Positions 48,241 to 60,394 of a stretch of 64,000 nucleotides of DNA are shown in pieces. The stretch is from Selaginella moellendorffii (lineage: Eukaryota; Plantae; Lycopodiophyta). The DNA is taken from contig NW_003314283.1 in assembly GCF_000143415.4 (NCBI RefSeq), forward strand, positions 1,540,330 to 1,604,329, in the 5' to 3' direction. How positions within the stretch are numbered: position 1 is the first letter of the stretch; the number at the start of each line of letters is the position of its first letter. A program made the position numbers and the translations under genes. A model generated the notes under the pieces. That model saw only the letters and a list, made by a program, of their open reading frames with translations. It ran no database searches and had not been told where the DNA came from.

Positions 48241-48864
48241 CTAATCGGCGATCTTCTCTGGCTTCTCGTCTTCCACGGGAGCTGAGACGCCATCGCCATC
48301 GCCATCGCCATCGCCAATCGCTTTCTTGATCTCCCCCACCTTGATGTACTTGGAGGAGAATTTGTACTCCCAATCCGACAGCGCTTCCAGCTCATAGGGG
48401 CTGAGGCCTTCGAGATTCCCGTTCAAGTCCTCGGGCTCGAACGACATCTTGGCCAGCGCCCGGCTCGCATCCTTCCCGGCGAAGAGCTCGTAAGGCCCGC
48501 CCGGCCCATAGAAAACCCTGAAATCTCCCAAAGATCACACCAGTGGCACAAACGAAATGGGGAAGAATCTCTTCTACCTGGACATGGAGACGTCATAGAT
48601 TTGGCCCTTGATGGCCATGAGCAGCGGCTTGGAGTCATCCTTGCCATCGTAGGCGCTGAGCTCCTCTTCCGTGACCTCGCCCAGCTGCTTGGGCGGGGGC
48701 GGGGGCTCGCGCGGGGCAAAGGCGGGCGGGGGAGGAGGAGCAAACCAGGAGCTGACGACAAGCCATAGCGCCACGCCCAGCGCCAGCACTGTGAAGAATG
48801 CGGTGGGCGAGAGGCCAGTGTAGGCCGGGATGGCATCCAGCAAATCGCTCGCAATGTTCATCAT
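48241..48864 (-). CDS. MSBP: Membrane steroid-binding protein (MAPR family, cytochrome b5-like heme/steroid-binding domain)
   Basis: YTGLSPTAFFT plus a TM helix; ELSAYDGKDDSKPLLMAIKGQIYDVS; FYGPGGPYELFAGKDASRALAKMSF. Confidence 0.95.
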
Positions 48865-49064
48865 TCTCCCCTCTTTCTTTCTCCTCTTTTACCTCCACGC
48901 CCTAAACCTCGCGCTTCTTTGCACCAAACTGTCAAAGCGAGACCATGCAAGCCCATATTTATAGACTAGAAGATGTGGAAAACTACATCGATCCTCCAAG
49001 AAACAATGGAAATGGACTTCAAGGCTTATCAAAAGAAGAATCCATTGGAAACTTAACTGGGCGA

Positions 49065-50270
49065 TTACTCTTCCATAGCTTCTCCCTCACTGACGTCCAC
49101 TCTGTCGCGGAGGGGGACGATCTTCGTCGAGAGAATCGCTGCAAAGAAGACGGTGACAAGCCAAAGGTCGGTGGCGAAGATAGAAAAAGAAGAAATACTC
49201 ACGGGTGTGGCCCCTCTTGAAAGTATAGCCTTTGGTAATGACCCTTTGATTCGGCGTCATGTGGTTCCTCAAGTATTCTTTCCCAGCCTAAACCAGAAAA
49301 GCGAGCTTTCGAGAGAAAAGAAGAACGCATTTGGATACCTTTGTGATCACACATAAATCGACGTTGCTTCCACTGCCCAAGTCATTGAAAATCCCAGCAC
49401 AGATTGCGTCACTGACGAGGCTCATCCCTTCTTCCTTCTGATGAGACGAAACAAGCAAGTAAGCAATCACCAATCAAGTCTATTCAGCTGAGCTCACCGT
49501 CATCTTTTCTCTGAAGCCAGCTTCGAAAACCGACATGGCAGCAAGAGAGCCGGATCCCATCGTCGCAAATGGCAGTGTATCCGTCGATCCATGGGGATAA
49601 ACCTGAGCCTCTCGAAAATCAAACCACATCGCAGGCAAGCTAGCAACTCACAGTGTGTAGGTGAGGACCGGATACATCAAATCCACCGAGCACTAGAGCA
49701 GCGCTTACGTGACCTTGGTAGCTTCAAGGAAAAGCAACTAGTAAAAAACCACCCTTTGGAAAATCGAAAGCAAGTTACTTGAAGAGATGAGACTTTAGCA
49801 TCGTCAGTGCTGTGATAACGCGTGATCCACGGCCGGTGGCATACCTGTGAAGCTCCAACTGTGTGCGTACCATGTCTGCGCAAAGAAATTTTAGATCCAA
49901 GGAGCAAATTCTGGAAAAAATGCGATGGATCTACTAGCTTACCAGTCACAGCCTCGGTGTCGGCAGCAGTCCCAGCCCCGCAGCAGTAAATATTCGGAGC
50001 CAAGTAGTGAATCTTCTCGCAGTTCTTGTCAGCTACAATGTCGCCCTCTGTAGCTCGGGTATCGGCTCCCAAGATCACGCCATCCTGGAGAGACCGATTG
50101 GAGATGGTTCTTCGACGAATGCAATGCAATACCTGATAGACGAGGCCGACGATCGTGGTGCCGGTCTTCAAGTATCGATCGAGCTTGATGCCGGCCTTCT
50201 CCAGCATCTGATTCCTCCGGCAGTTGCTGTAGTCGAAGCCGCCGAGCGCCGCGCCATCGCCCTGTGCCAT
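49065..50270 (-). CDS. PBB: 20S proteasome subunit beta-2 (beta type-7)
   Basis: Propeptide [11 protein letters not shown]...KTG|TTIVG; GADTRAT; NCEKIHY; [10 protein letters not shown]; MGSGSLAAM; [10 protein letters not shown]; ends GEAMEE*. Confidence 0.95.
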
Positions 50271-50278
50271 CACAGAGT

Positions 50279-50577
50279 AAACCCTAGGGTAGCGCCGAGC
50301 GAATATGCCGCCAATGACGTGGCTTAAGCGATTGCGACGTGGCACCGCGCGATTGGATTATATATTTGCTTGGGCGCCTTTGCACGGTTCTAGGGTTTTT
50401 TGTCCGCCATAGCCGAGCTCTCGCAAACCCTAGTCGCGCAGGAAGAAAAAACCCTAGCTGGGTTTCTCTATTCGTCTCGTCTCAATCCCTCGCCAATCCA
50501 TTACCGAAAGACACTGCAACTTCGTCTCGCTGCTCTCTTTGTCTCTCTTGTTGCGCCTCTGCCGCTTTTAGGGTTTG
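50279..50577. promoter_or_regulatory. Bidirectional promoter (PBB / CPL1) with five telo-boxes and two ACGTGGC elements
   Basis: AAACCCTA at ~50279, 50425 and 50449; TAGGGTTT at ~50390 and 50569; ACGTGGC at ~50317 and 50337. Confidence 0.55.
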
Positions 50578-51143
50578 TGGATTCCACCGCGTAGTCCCCG
50601 CATCGCAATAGCACTCGCAATCGCAAGCACACAGACAGAGCGCCGCCTCGATTTCTCTCCAAACGAATGTTTTGATCTTTTTTTCTCCCTTTGTTCGTGC
50701 TCGAAAGAAACGACACACTCCTCTTGTGCTTAAACTGCGGGGGTGTGTTAAGCTTAAGTCAAGGAGATTTTACGTATATCAGCGTCGATCCATTCGTACC
50801 ACCAGGGGAAAATTGGAGCAGCCATTCAATCTCATCTCTCAAGAGCAGGCCAGCCGCAGCAAGAATCCAGGATCGATCAAATCAAAAGCAAACAAGAAGG
50901 AAGAGGAGAAGAACGAAGAAGAAGAAGAAGAAAATATTTTGCCAAACAAGACAACCCAAGCTCCCGATTCCTCACGCCCGGACATTGAAATCTGGAAATG
51001 TAGCATCGACTCGCCACCGCCATCGTCATCGATTCGCGAATTCGCAGCTCTGCCCATCGGTAGGCCTCGATCTTGCTCTGCGGTGGTGCATGGTGACGAA
51101 TTAGGGCCCGGGCAGTCGCGCAAGGAGAGAGATCTTTCCTTTG

Positions 51144-54100
51144 ATGGCACTAGCAGTAGCTCCTCCACCACTTCCTCCCAGGGAATTCACTACCTTCTTG
51201 TTTAACAAGGACGACTACATTGGAGAAGTTAGGGTTCGTCCGGGCGCCGAGGATCATGTCTCCCATATGTTCTCCGGCAAGGCGATGCGCGTCTCGGATT
51301 TCTCGCCGCCCAGCGATCGATGCACGCCGCTGCTCATCATGCATTCCATCTCCAGCGGCGGCGTCTTGTTCACCATGGATCTCCCCCAGCAGCAGCAGCA
51401 GCCCGACGGCCTCACATTCCTCCACTCCTCCTGCCTCCACGAAGCCAAGGTACGCGCGAGATTTCTTCTCACAGCTTATGATCTTCTTATCGGCCGGCCT
51501 GCTGCTGTTCTTGCAGACCGCAATGGTGCAAATGGAAGCTGGAATGGAGCTCCACCTGGTGGCCATGACCAAGGGGAGCGATGGCGACGAGGAGTTCTCG
51601 CAGCTCCAGCACACGCAGCAGCCGTGCTTCTGGGGATTTCTCACGGGGCAGGGATCCTACGCCTCGTGCCTCACGATGCTCAACCTGAGATGCCTGGGCT
51701 TGGTTTTCGACCTGGACGAGACGCTCATCGTTGCCAACACCATGCGATCCTTCGAAGACCGCATGGACGCTCTCACGCGGAAGATGCGCTTGGAGACTGA
51801 TCCCGAGCGTACTGCTGCTCTCGCTGGTGAACTGAAGAGATACCAAGAGGATCACTCCATTCTCAAACAGTACATGGAGAATGACTGTGTGCTAGACAAT
51901 GGCAAGATCATCAAAGCCCAGACCGAGATGGTTCCTTCGTCCTCTGACGCCACCCCGGCTCTGGAACGTCCTATTATCCGGCTTGACAGTCGCAATATCA
52001 TCCTGACACGCATCAATCCTCTTGTAAGATTTGGTTTTTCTTTCTCTTTTTCGCTGGGTTGAGGTGACTGACGTCATGTTTTCTGGTTTGTGTAGGTCCG
52101 TTTCACGAGTGTTCTGGTGAGGATCCGACCAGCCTGGGAGGAGCTGAGGAGCTACCTCACCGCTAAAGGAAGGAAACGTTTCGAAGTGTTTATATGTACG
52201 CTGGCGGAGAAGGACTACGCGCTGGAAATGTGGAGGCTTCTTGATCCAGACGCACGCTTGATCCCGTCCATTGAGGTCGAGGAACGAGTTGTGTGCGTGA
52301 AGGCAGGAGGTAGATCTCTTCTCTTTCTCTTATCTTTTTTATTCGGATTCGCATTTATTCATACTGTGCTCGAAACTTTCAGGCTTAAAATCGCTTGCTA
52401 ACGTCTTCCGGAAAGGGCAGTGCCATCCGCGGTTGTCAATGGTCATTGATGACCGCTCTAATGTGTGGACGGAGGTAGATCAACCACGGGTTCATGTTGT
52501 GCCTCCTTTCGTACCGTATTATGCTCCTCAGGCAGAGGTAGGCAGTCTGTGTGTCGAGTCTCTGCTTTGACAAAATCTTTTGCTGATTCCAACAGACAAC
52601 GGGTAGTTTACCGGTTCTTTGCATTGCCAAAAACATCTCAAGCACCGTTCGGGGCAACTTCTTCAAGTGAGTAGTTGGAGCTTACAATGCGTACGACTGC
52701 TCTGTTAATTCTTCTGTGAAATATGCAGGGAGTTCGATGAGGTTTTATCGCAGCAATTGGGTTCGGTTGTATTCGATACGGATACTTCCACACTTCCTAA
52801 ACCACTGGATGTTAGTAGTTATTTGGTAAGCTCCTTGTTTTTCCTTTCTGTCTGGTTTCATTGCTTGATACGGTTCTTTACGCGCTCAGAGAGCACAAGA
52901 TACGGCGGTGGCAGTGGACGCCGGCGGCGGCAGCAAAGATCTACCGGATGGCTTAGCCGACGGTGAAACCGAAACCATCTGGAATCCTCAGCTAGAAAAC
53001 AAGAACTCTGCGCCCGAACCGTCTGGTGAAAACTGGGAGGAAGGAGAGGTTCCAGAATCTGAGTTAGATCCTGACACGCGTAGGAGGCTGTTAATTTTGC
53101 AGCATGGTCAGGACAATGCTGCAGGACCATCAACAGAATGGGACGAAGAACAAGTGAGTCCTGGGCGACCAGGTGGTTCGCCAGACGCCCCGCTAGAAGC
53201 CGGACAGATTGTAAGTGCTTGACCAACTCTGTTTGATCTCTCATAGTTTTCTGTTGTTATTCAGGGCGGTCTCTTGCGGCCACAAAATCAAGATAGGAAG
53301 CTTTTAGACTATTCAGGTACGTTCGCGTCTAGTATTTCTTGGCCACTCACACCCGCCTTGATTTTAGATACAGACTATAGAATAAACGGCAGTACTGTTC
53401 CTGAACCGTCTAATTCTATTATTTTATTACAAGCTATGGCTCGAAAGTACAATGCTCAGGTGCGCATTGAGTCTTTTTTTAACTTCCTTACTTACACGTT
53501 CTTCTCCTTCTGCCATGAACAGCTGGAGTTCAGGTCTTCCGTAAGTCCCACTATCGAGCTTCAGTTTTGTGTGGAGGTAAGCGAGCGTAGCAAATGAAAG
53601 TATGTTCTTGACAGCTGATTTTTACGAGTTACAGGTCACCTTCAATGGAGAAAAAATTGCGAGGGGTGTTGGCAGAACCAGCAGAGATGCTCGCTCTCGT
53701 GCCTCGGAGGATGCTCTTCGTTTGTTGTCAAGTAAGACAAAAGTCTAGCTTTTATTTATATTCACCCAAACTTTCCAGACGAGCTTCGCGACACCACGTT
53801 TGTGGCGTTTCTACCAGAGAAGCAAAACTTCAATGCTGCTCCAGCACAGCAATGGAACGCACCGCATGTCAGAATTGTGGAGCCTCCGAAATTACCTACC
53901 TTCAATGCCGTCGCTGCTCTCAAAGACCTGGTAACACGGCGAAAGTTCGCTTCGATGGAAACTGACGAGCTTTTTTACCGCTACGCAGTGCACTGTTGAG
54001 AACCTCAGCGTAAGCTTTCGAGACCTGCAACTAGAATCCAGTCCAATGATCTACAACTGCGAGGTACGCGCTCAAGTTTTCTGGTCGGCAGGGTAGCAAA

Positions 54101-54482
54101 CTTCTTTGTCTAGGTGGAAGTCGCGGGACAAGTTCTGGGAAGAGGCCGAGGTCTCTCCTGGGATGCAGCAAGACAAGAGGTATACTACCTTGAACCTCCC
54201 GTGTAAGATTTTTGACGTGTGGTGTTGTGCTTGATCAAACAGGCCTCGGAAGAAGCATTGAGAGGCATGAAAACAAACAATACCGGGAAGCGACCTCGTC
54301 CAAGGTGACGATCATCTATTCTTTGTATGTTTCGGCTTCTCATTTGCTTTGCTCGCACTTGTTCTTGTTTTAGATCTCCACCCGTGCCAGCTAATAAGAG
54401 ATTGCGAGGACCAGCCCGTGGACAAGGCCGAGGGAACAACAGGCTCTCTCCTCGGAAGCAATTGGCAGTGAGATTGAAGTAG
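51144..54482 (+). CDS. CPL1: RNA polymerase II CTD phosphatase-like 1 (CPL1/FRY2-like) with dsRNA-binding domains
   Basis: [11 protein letters not shown]; [28 protein letters not shown] (DxDxT motif); [11 protein letters not shown]; [11 protein letters not shown]; [17 protein letters not shown]; two dsRBD-like segments (EKIARGVG; QVLGRGRG). Confidence 0.92.
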
Positions 54483-54599
54483 CCCAAGTAGCGGGGAATC
54501 GTAGTTTTTCAATGATTGATTTGCTTGCTTTTTCATGTAAAAATCGGTGGAGGTGATGTACATTTTCTCTCCACGTCTTGTAAAGGCAATTCATTGGTG

Positions 54600-56357
54600 T
54601 TACGTGCTCTTCTCCGCGAATGCGTTGGACAAGAGAATGTAAGGGGCACCGTCACCCTCACCATCACCATCACCGTCAGCGTCACCCCCGCCGTCACCAT
54701 CACGGCGGACAAGGTTCTTAGCAGCCGCTTGGGCCAGTGTCGTACTACCGTGGTTCCGGCAAGCACACAGCATTGTCTTCCATGCGACTCTATCGGGGAC
54801 GTACGGCATCGTGTGTACGAGCTCTTGGGCGGAATTTACGTGTCCCGCTCGCCCCAGCGCATCCACCACGCAGCAGTAGTGTTGCATTGACGGTTCCATG
54901 CCGTGATCCACAGAAATCGATCCAAACCATCTCTGGATCATCGCTCCACGGTTGTAGTAATCACAGTGGCAACGCGAGATAGCTATGATCATCCCCACCA
55001 TCGTGCTCTCGTCCGGGACAAAGGCGTCAATTAGCATCGCGTGGAAGAGCTCCAGGCATTCGGCCAGGCTTCCGTACAGTGCCTGGCCCATGATCAAGGC
55101 ATTGCACAAGACCGTGCTGGAGTGGCCGAACGGTACGGCGCGGAAGAGCGCGACCGCATTCCGGAGCTGTGCGTGCTGGACGTAGGCCGCGATCATGGCC
55201 GTCCACGTCACGGCATTCCGCTCCGGAATGGCGTGAAAGAGATTCCGGGCGATGGCGAGGTGGCCATTCTGGGCGTAGGCTTCCACGGCCGCCGTCCACG
55301 AGACCACGTTGTGGTGTGGCATCTCGTAGAGGAAGATCGCCGCAGCGGCGTCCAGATCGCCCGCGCGCGCGTGGGCGATGGCGATGGCGCTGCTGGATTC
55401 GATCGTCTTGTCCGGCATTTGCTCCCGGATCGCAATGGCCTCTTCCATTCGCCCCGCCATCGCGAGCGCCCAGACGAGCGCGTTCCAAGTGGAGAGCGTG
55501 AGCTCTGGCATCGATCCTAGCAACCAGCGGGCGCCATCGTGGCGGCCCAGTTGCAGGTAGGCGACGAGCATCGCGGAGCACGTCAGGGCATTTCGGACAG
55601 GCGCCGATTCAAATGCTTCTTTCGCGCTATCAAGATCCCCTCGTTTGGCATTTGCCGCGATGATCAAAGTCGTAGAGAAAACGTCTCTCATGGGCATCTC
55701 TTCCAGCACACGAGAAGTTCCATCGCTAAAACCAACGATTGCGTGTGCCGCTAGAAGAGTGTTCCAGGAGACCATATCCCACTCCGGCAAAGAGTCAAAA
55801 GCAAGCTTGGTACTTTCTAGATCACCACTTTCGCCATAAGCCGCAAGAACAGAGTTCCAGGTTACTAGATCTCTGCAAGGCACCAGATTAAACATATTTA
55901 TGGCTTGTCCAACGTCATTGTTCTTGTTGTAACAGGCAAGCATCGAATTCCAGGACACAATGTCGGGAGCAAGAAGACCATCAAACAATGCTTTTGCTTT
56001 GGAAAAGTGCCCACTTTCGGCATATGCAGTAATCAATGCATTCCAGGCTACGGTATTTGCCACGGGCATGCGGCTCCACAGCTCCTCCGCTCGCTCAAGA
56101 TCGCCGTGGCTAGTATACGCAACCAGCAGGATTGTCCAGGAGAAGACGTTTGGATTGACAATGCTGCAGAACACCGATTGTGCCTTGGCAAGGCTCCCGC
56201 ATTTGCTGTACATGACCATGAGGAGATTTGCAAGGTACGTGCTGCCGCTGCCCACCACTCGAGGATGGAGCTCCTGGAGGCTGGAAAGCCGCGTCGAGGC
56301 CTTGATCCGGCACGCCAGTGCCACAACTTGGTCGTGAGAGAGATTGCCGTGGCGCAT
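54600..56357 (-). CDS. PLS-class pentatricopeptide repeat protein ending in the E-domain region (no DYW), intronless
   Basis: MYSKCGSL, NVFSWT and many 31-aa S-type repeats (VSWNSML, VTWNSVL). HYCCVVDALGRAGH...AWKTMLCACRNHG...YILLSN. Confidence 0.92.
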   Translation of the reverse strand: MRHGNLSHDQVVALACRIKASTRLSSLQELHPRVVGSGSTYLANLLMVMYSKCGSLAKAQSVFCSIVNPNVFSWTILLVAYTSHGDLERAEELWSRMPVANTVAWNALITAYAESGHFSKAKALFDGLLAPDIVSWNSMLACYNKNNDVGQAINMFNLVPCRDLVTWNSVLAAYGESGDLESTKLAFDSLPEWDMVSWNTLLAAHAIVGFSDGTSRVLEEMPMRDVFSTTLIIAANAKRGDLDSAKEAFESAPVRNALTCSAMLVAYLQLGRHDGARWLLGSMPELTLSTWNALVWALAMAGRMEEAIAIREQMPDKTIESSSAIAIAHARAGDLDAAAAIFLYEMPHHNVVSWTAAVEAYAQNGHLAIARNLFHAIPERNAVTWTAMIAAYVQHAQLRNAVALFRAVPFGHSSTVLCNALIMGQALYGSLAECLELFHAMLIDAFVPDESTMVGMIIAISRCHCDYYNRGAMIQRWFGSISVDHGMEPSMQHYCCVVDALGRAGHVNSAQELVHTMPYVPDRVAWKTMLCACRNHGSTTLAQAAAKNLVRRDGDGGGDADGDGDGEGDGAPYILLSNAFAEKST

Positions 56358-58489
56358 CCCAAGGAGCTCCTCCTCTACCTCGGCTGCGCATCCTCCTCCT
56401 CCACCTCGTCTTACCCGGAGATGATGATTCCATAGCCGCCCTCCTTCCTCTTGTAAAGGATGTTTACTTCCCCCAAGTTAGCTCCAGCGGGCTCCAGCAG
56501 CGCTAGAAGAGCAGCCAGACTCACCATCAAGCAAAGCCTGATTTGGAGTTACCGTCAGAGCATTGGATCTTTCAGATCTCAGGTAACTTTAAGCAAGTGT
56601 GCTTTGCCTTCAACTTGTTTCAAACTGGTTGTCTCAAGTTGAATTCCGGTTATTCAGCCAACTCAAGCACTGCTGACGCAAGCTGTAGTCTGCTGGTTGC
56701 TCAAGTCTCCAACTCACAAACGCCTTGGTTTTTCTTGTAGGTGTACCCTGATGGAACTAGGAACAAGGAAGCCACCACTTGCTTTTAAGTAGTAACTTTA
56801 GTGTTTTTCAGTGAGGTTTGTCCTTTCAATATGGCATTCAACGGCAATGCCAACCCTCTGCATTCCACGCAAGAAGGAAACAATGAGAAGAAAGCTCTAT
56901 GCACAGAATCATTACAATAGTGTTAAGTAATTTATATGTTTTATTAAAATTTTATCATTATCCTTTTTTTATTTTTCATATCATTTTTTTAATTTATGTT
57001 TTGGCTTCACATTAGATTTTGAAGATGATTGAAAAAAAGTGTTAATGTAATTGGATATCTGAAAATATAGCTTTAATGATAGATATTCATTTGCATTTTG
57101 TGGATGTCAGTGTTAGATATTAATTATATAGATTATCTTTAACCTGTAATTAAATTTTATTGTTTGTTTCACATGGCAAAGTGGAAATTATTGTTCCACA
57201 AACTGGGAATAGGGAGAATTAAGGCACCAGCCTTTTAGAAGAACTATAGCTGGATCCTCAATTGCAATATTGATCCATAGGACATGAGTAAAGAGTGGCA
57301 GAACATGAAAAATCCAGACATGACAATCTCAAGTAGTGGGACATGAATCTTGGGCTTGAGAGTACAAAAGGTTGGAGTTTGAAGTGTAAAAGTAAACCCC
57401 TTGGACATTTATGAGCATTAGAGAAATTCATTCTAGAGAGAAGTAAGAAATCTTTATGTGGCTCATGATTAGCTGTGGCAATATAGTGTTCTCAAATTTG
57501 TTTGAGTTTATAGAAGTGTGTTTTAAAGTTCTTCCACATCTAGAGTGAGCAAGGAATTTAACATTCCTTAGTCAAGTTGGAGAGGAATTTTAGCATAGTT
57601 TGCTTTTAGTTGTGGAAACACAGTGTTCCAAGCTTGTCTAGATACAGGTAAAGTGTTCTGGAGTTGTCCCACTAATCCAAGAAAGTGAAGGCCTGCCTAG
57701 CAACTTTTAGTTGTGTCTATAAGAATCTGAAAGGGATTTGTAGTGAGCTGTGGAAACATGGTGATAGGTATATCCCCTAGGGGGAGAAAGAAGGAAGTTA
57801 GTGGAGTTGTTGTGTAAGAGGAGAGTGTTGGTGCTGCTTGAGCAACCGGAAGTGCAATGCCAAACATACCAAAGAAGCAACAGCCAGCTGCCATAAGATA
57901 CATCGCCACCTTTCGAAGTCGGCAATCTAAATATAGAAAGTTCTATTGAATATTCTTTGGAATTATTTATTAATTTCATAAAAGCTAATTTGGATTTTAC
58001 AAAAAAAGGAATTTTAGTGGTAGCAGCAAGTAAGCAAGGGATTGTTCAACTACCAAAGAGGTTTTTGCTAGATTAATACCAGAAGCATCAGCATTGAATT
58101 CTAGCTGTCATTTGTTAAAGAACAACTTTCTGGACAAAGAAGGAAAAGGAGGTTTTGGCATGCAACAAGAAGTTCTTGAAGGTCACAATGAATGAAACAA
58201 CCAATAGTAGTGGATGTTAATTTGAAATAATTGCCCCTAACTTGGATTGAATTTTAATTCACTCCTTTTCATTCCCACTACCAAGAGACACTGTGTTTTA
58301 GTTGATCACAAGATTCTTCCATCTTTTTTTCTATGTTTTACTCCAATGACTCTCACTTCTTTGAAGCATTCCTGTACCTCTATTTCTCAAGCATCTCTCA
58401 TTACATCCCAAAATTTACTTGGCAGCCAATTTTCCATCCTTTTAGGTAGGGAGAACGCTTGTATCAAAGCATTGCACCCTCCTCATCGA

Positions 58490-58700
58490 CATGTATGGGA
58501 TTTGCGGCGTCGAGATCCCCACTCTGGATGAACAAGCTGATCATAAGGTTTCTCTGGAGCCATGTCAAAGAGGCTCTTCGCTGTGTTGAAATGACTGTTC
58601 TGGCCATAGGCCGAGATCATGGTGCCCCAGGAGAATGTGTTGGGCGCCTCCATCTTGTCAAAGATTGAGCACACGGATTCCACACAGCCACACTTGAACC
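58490..58700 (-). pseudogene. PPR gene fragment
   Basis: KCGCVESVCSIFDKMEAPNTFSWGTMISAYGQNSHFNTAKSLFDMAPE, about 1.5 PLS-type repeats with no flanking ORF. Confidence 0.7.
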
Positions 58701-60394
58701 TGTCGGATCTCAGCTGACTTGACTCTGTAAGACGTAATCGTAATTTGCCTGGACGAGAGATCTCGATCAAATGCACAGCCACAAATCACTCCCACAAAAT
58801 CCTCGAGCCTGTAGAACTTATCAGCAGCACTTGCAATCCAAACTATTATTTGACTGAAGGCATTAGTATATGCTTGGACAGATTCAAATTCCTTCTGCTT
58901 CCTATGCAAATCTCAAGAATAAGTGACTAATCAAACTTGTGCTCAAATCATTCAAGACCTCCTGGATAATCTAAAACTTCATCTTTCTTAGCACTCTAAT
59001 ACTCTGTTGTCATGGCTAACTCTGCCTATAGAATAGTGGTATAAGTTGTCGAACCATTCACCTGGTTGTAAATAGTACAAACACCCAATCTTGATTCCTG
59101 TCTACTTCACCGTAGAAGCTTGAACTTCCGTTGAATCTTAAAAAATATGCCTGCTTCTAGGACTAAGGAGGACTTCTCGATCACCAACATTCCAACAGAG
59201 AAGATTAGAAATTTGGAGCTTTACGATCAAAAGGAGGGCAACAGCGTCAAGTGATCTGAATTGGGAGAATCTAAGATGCCATGGAATGCATTCTAGCATT
59301 CCACGGCAGAGAGGAGGATTCTAGCACACATTAGAGCTATAAAAGTACATCAGGAAAAGGACATGTACATTCCCCTAGATTCATCTCTCTATGGCTTAAA
59401 GTTATATATTACTGTAGTGGGTTTCAATATATTTAATAAAGCAATAAAGAGTCAAAACAAAACGAAGCAAACATGAAAATACCTTCAAAACATGCGGGAG
59501 GTCATGGGCTTCTTGGATTATCCTTTCGTGCGGTGCCGCTTTCAAATTAGTTTATTTTCAAGAAATTAAACTCATTACCGTTGTGCTCTTCCTTCCAGAG
59601 CCTTGTCCAGATTTGCCATCTAGACAACGAGCTGTCTGACCTGGCGGACATACTGCTAGCTGCGGTTTGTAATCATCTGTAACTCTTATGGATTTTGGCA
59701 TTGGATGCCAATGCATGCCTCCTTTAAGGGAATGGTTGATGTATTTGCGCACTGAACATCGCATCGAAACAGGTGTAATGGTTAAAACTCTTGTGCTTAT
59801 GCTCATCTGTTGCCTTGCACAGCTCCCTTTCCTGTTATCGATCCTCCAGTTGCTTGTGAGCGAGAAATGGCCTGCTGGAGATGCTACAGCTTTCAAGCAG
59901 CTGCGGGATCTTCTGGGCTGTCTCTTCTGCGGGCTCCGCTTCAATCCCAGTGACAAGGAGGGTGGAGATGTTAGCAGAAGAGATTTCCTGGGGCAACTCC
60001 ACGCGGTAGGCCACCATTTTGTTTTCTAGAGTCATGCTTTACTCTTGCCTTTATAGGTGGAGCTTGTCGTCCACCTCTATCTCTGGGTCGTGAGGATGGA
60101 AGTCAGGGGTGGAAGCGACCACTGTGGGCTAATCAAGGGCTCCCAGGAGATTAAGGAGAGGTGGCTGAAACCTCTAGCGGAGCAGGCGGTTGAGATCACA
60201 GACCCATTCAACAACGCCGATCCCCGGGTCGCCAACAGCATAGTCAACTTTATAAATAAATAATTACGGTTTGTATTCTGCCATGAAACAACAGCAAGCA
60301 TAGCGCATTTGGCCGCATCGCATCACATCGACTCCCTTCTTTGATTTGGCCCTTTGATCTTGATCCCAGGCACAACGGCTCCTGTTTACCTAAG

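Noticed and set aside
57170-58170. Possible aspartic-protease relic (EYSIELSI, ILIDT) and kinase Gly-loop relic (GKGGFG)
   Set aside because: Too degenerate and AT-rich; the motifs are incomplete.
59558-60263. Overlapping short ORFs on both strands
   Set aside because: No consistent exon structure or homology recognised.
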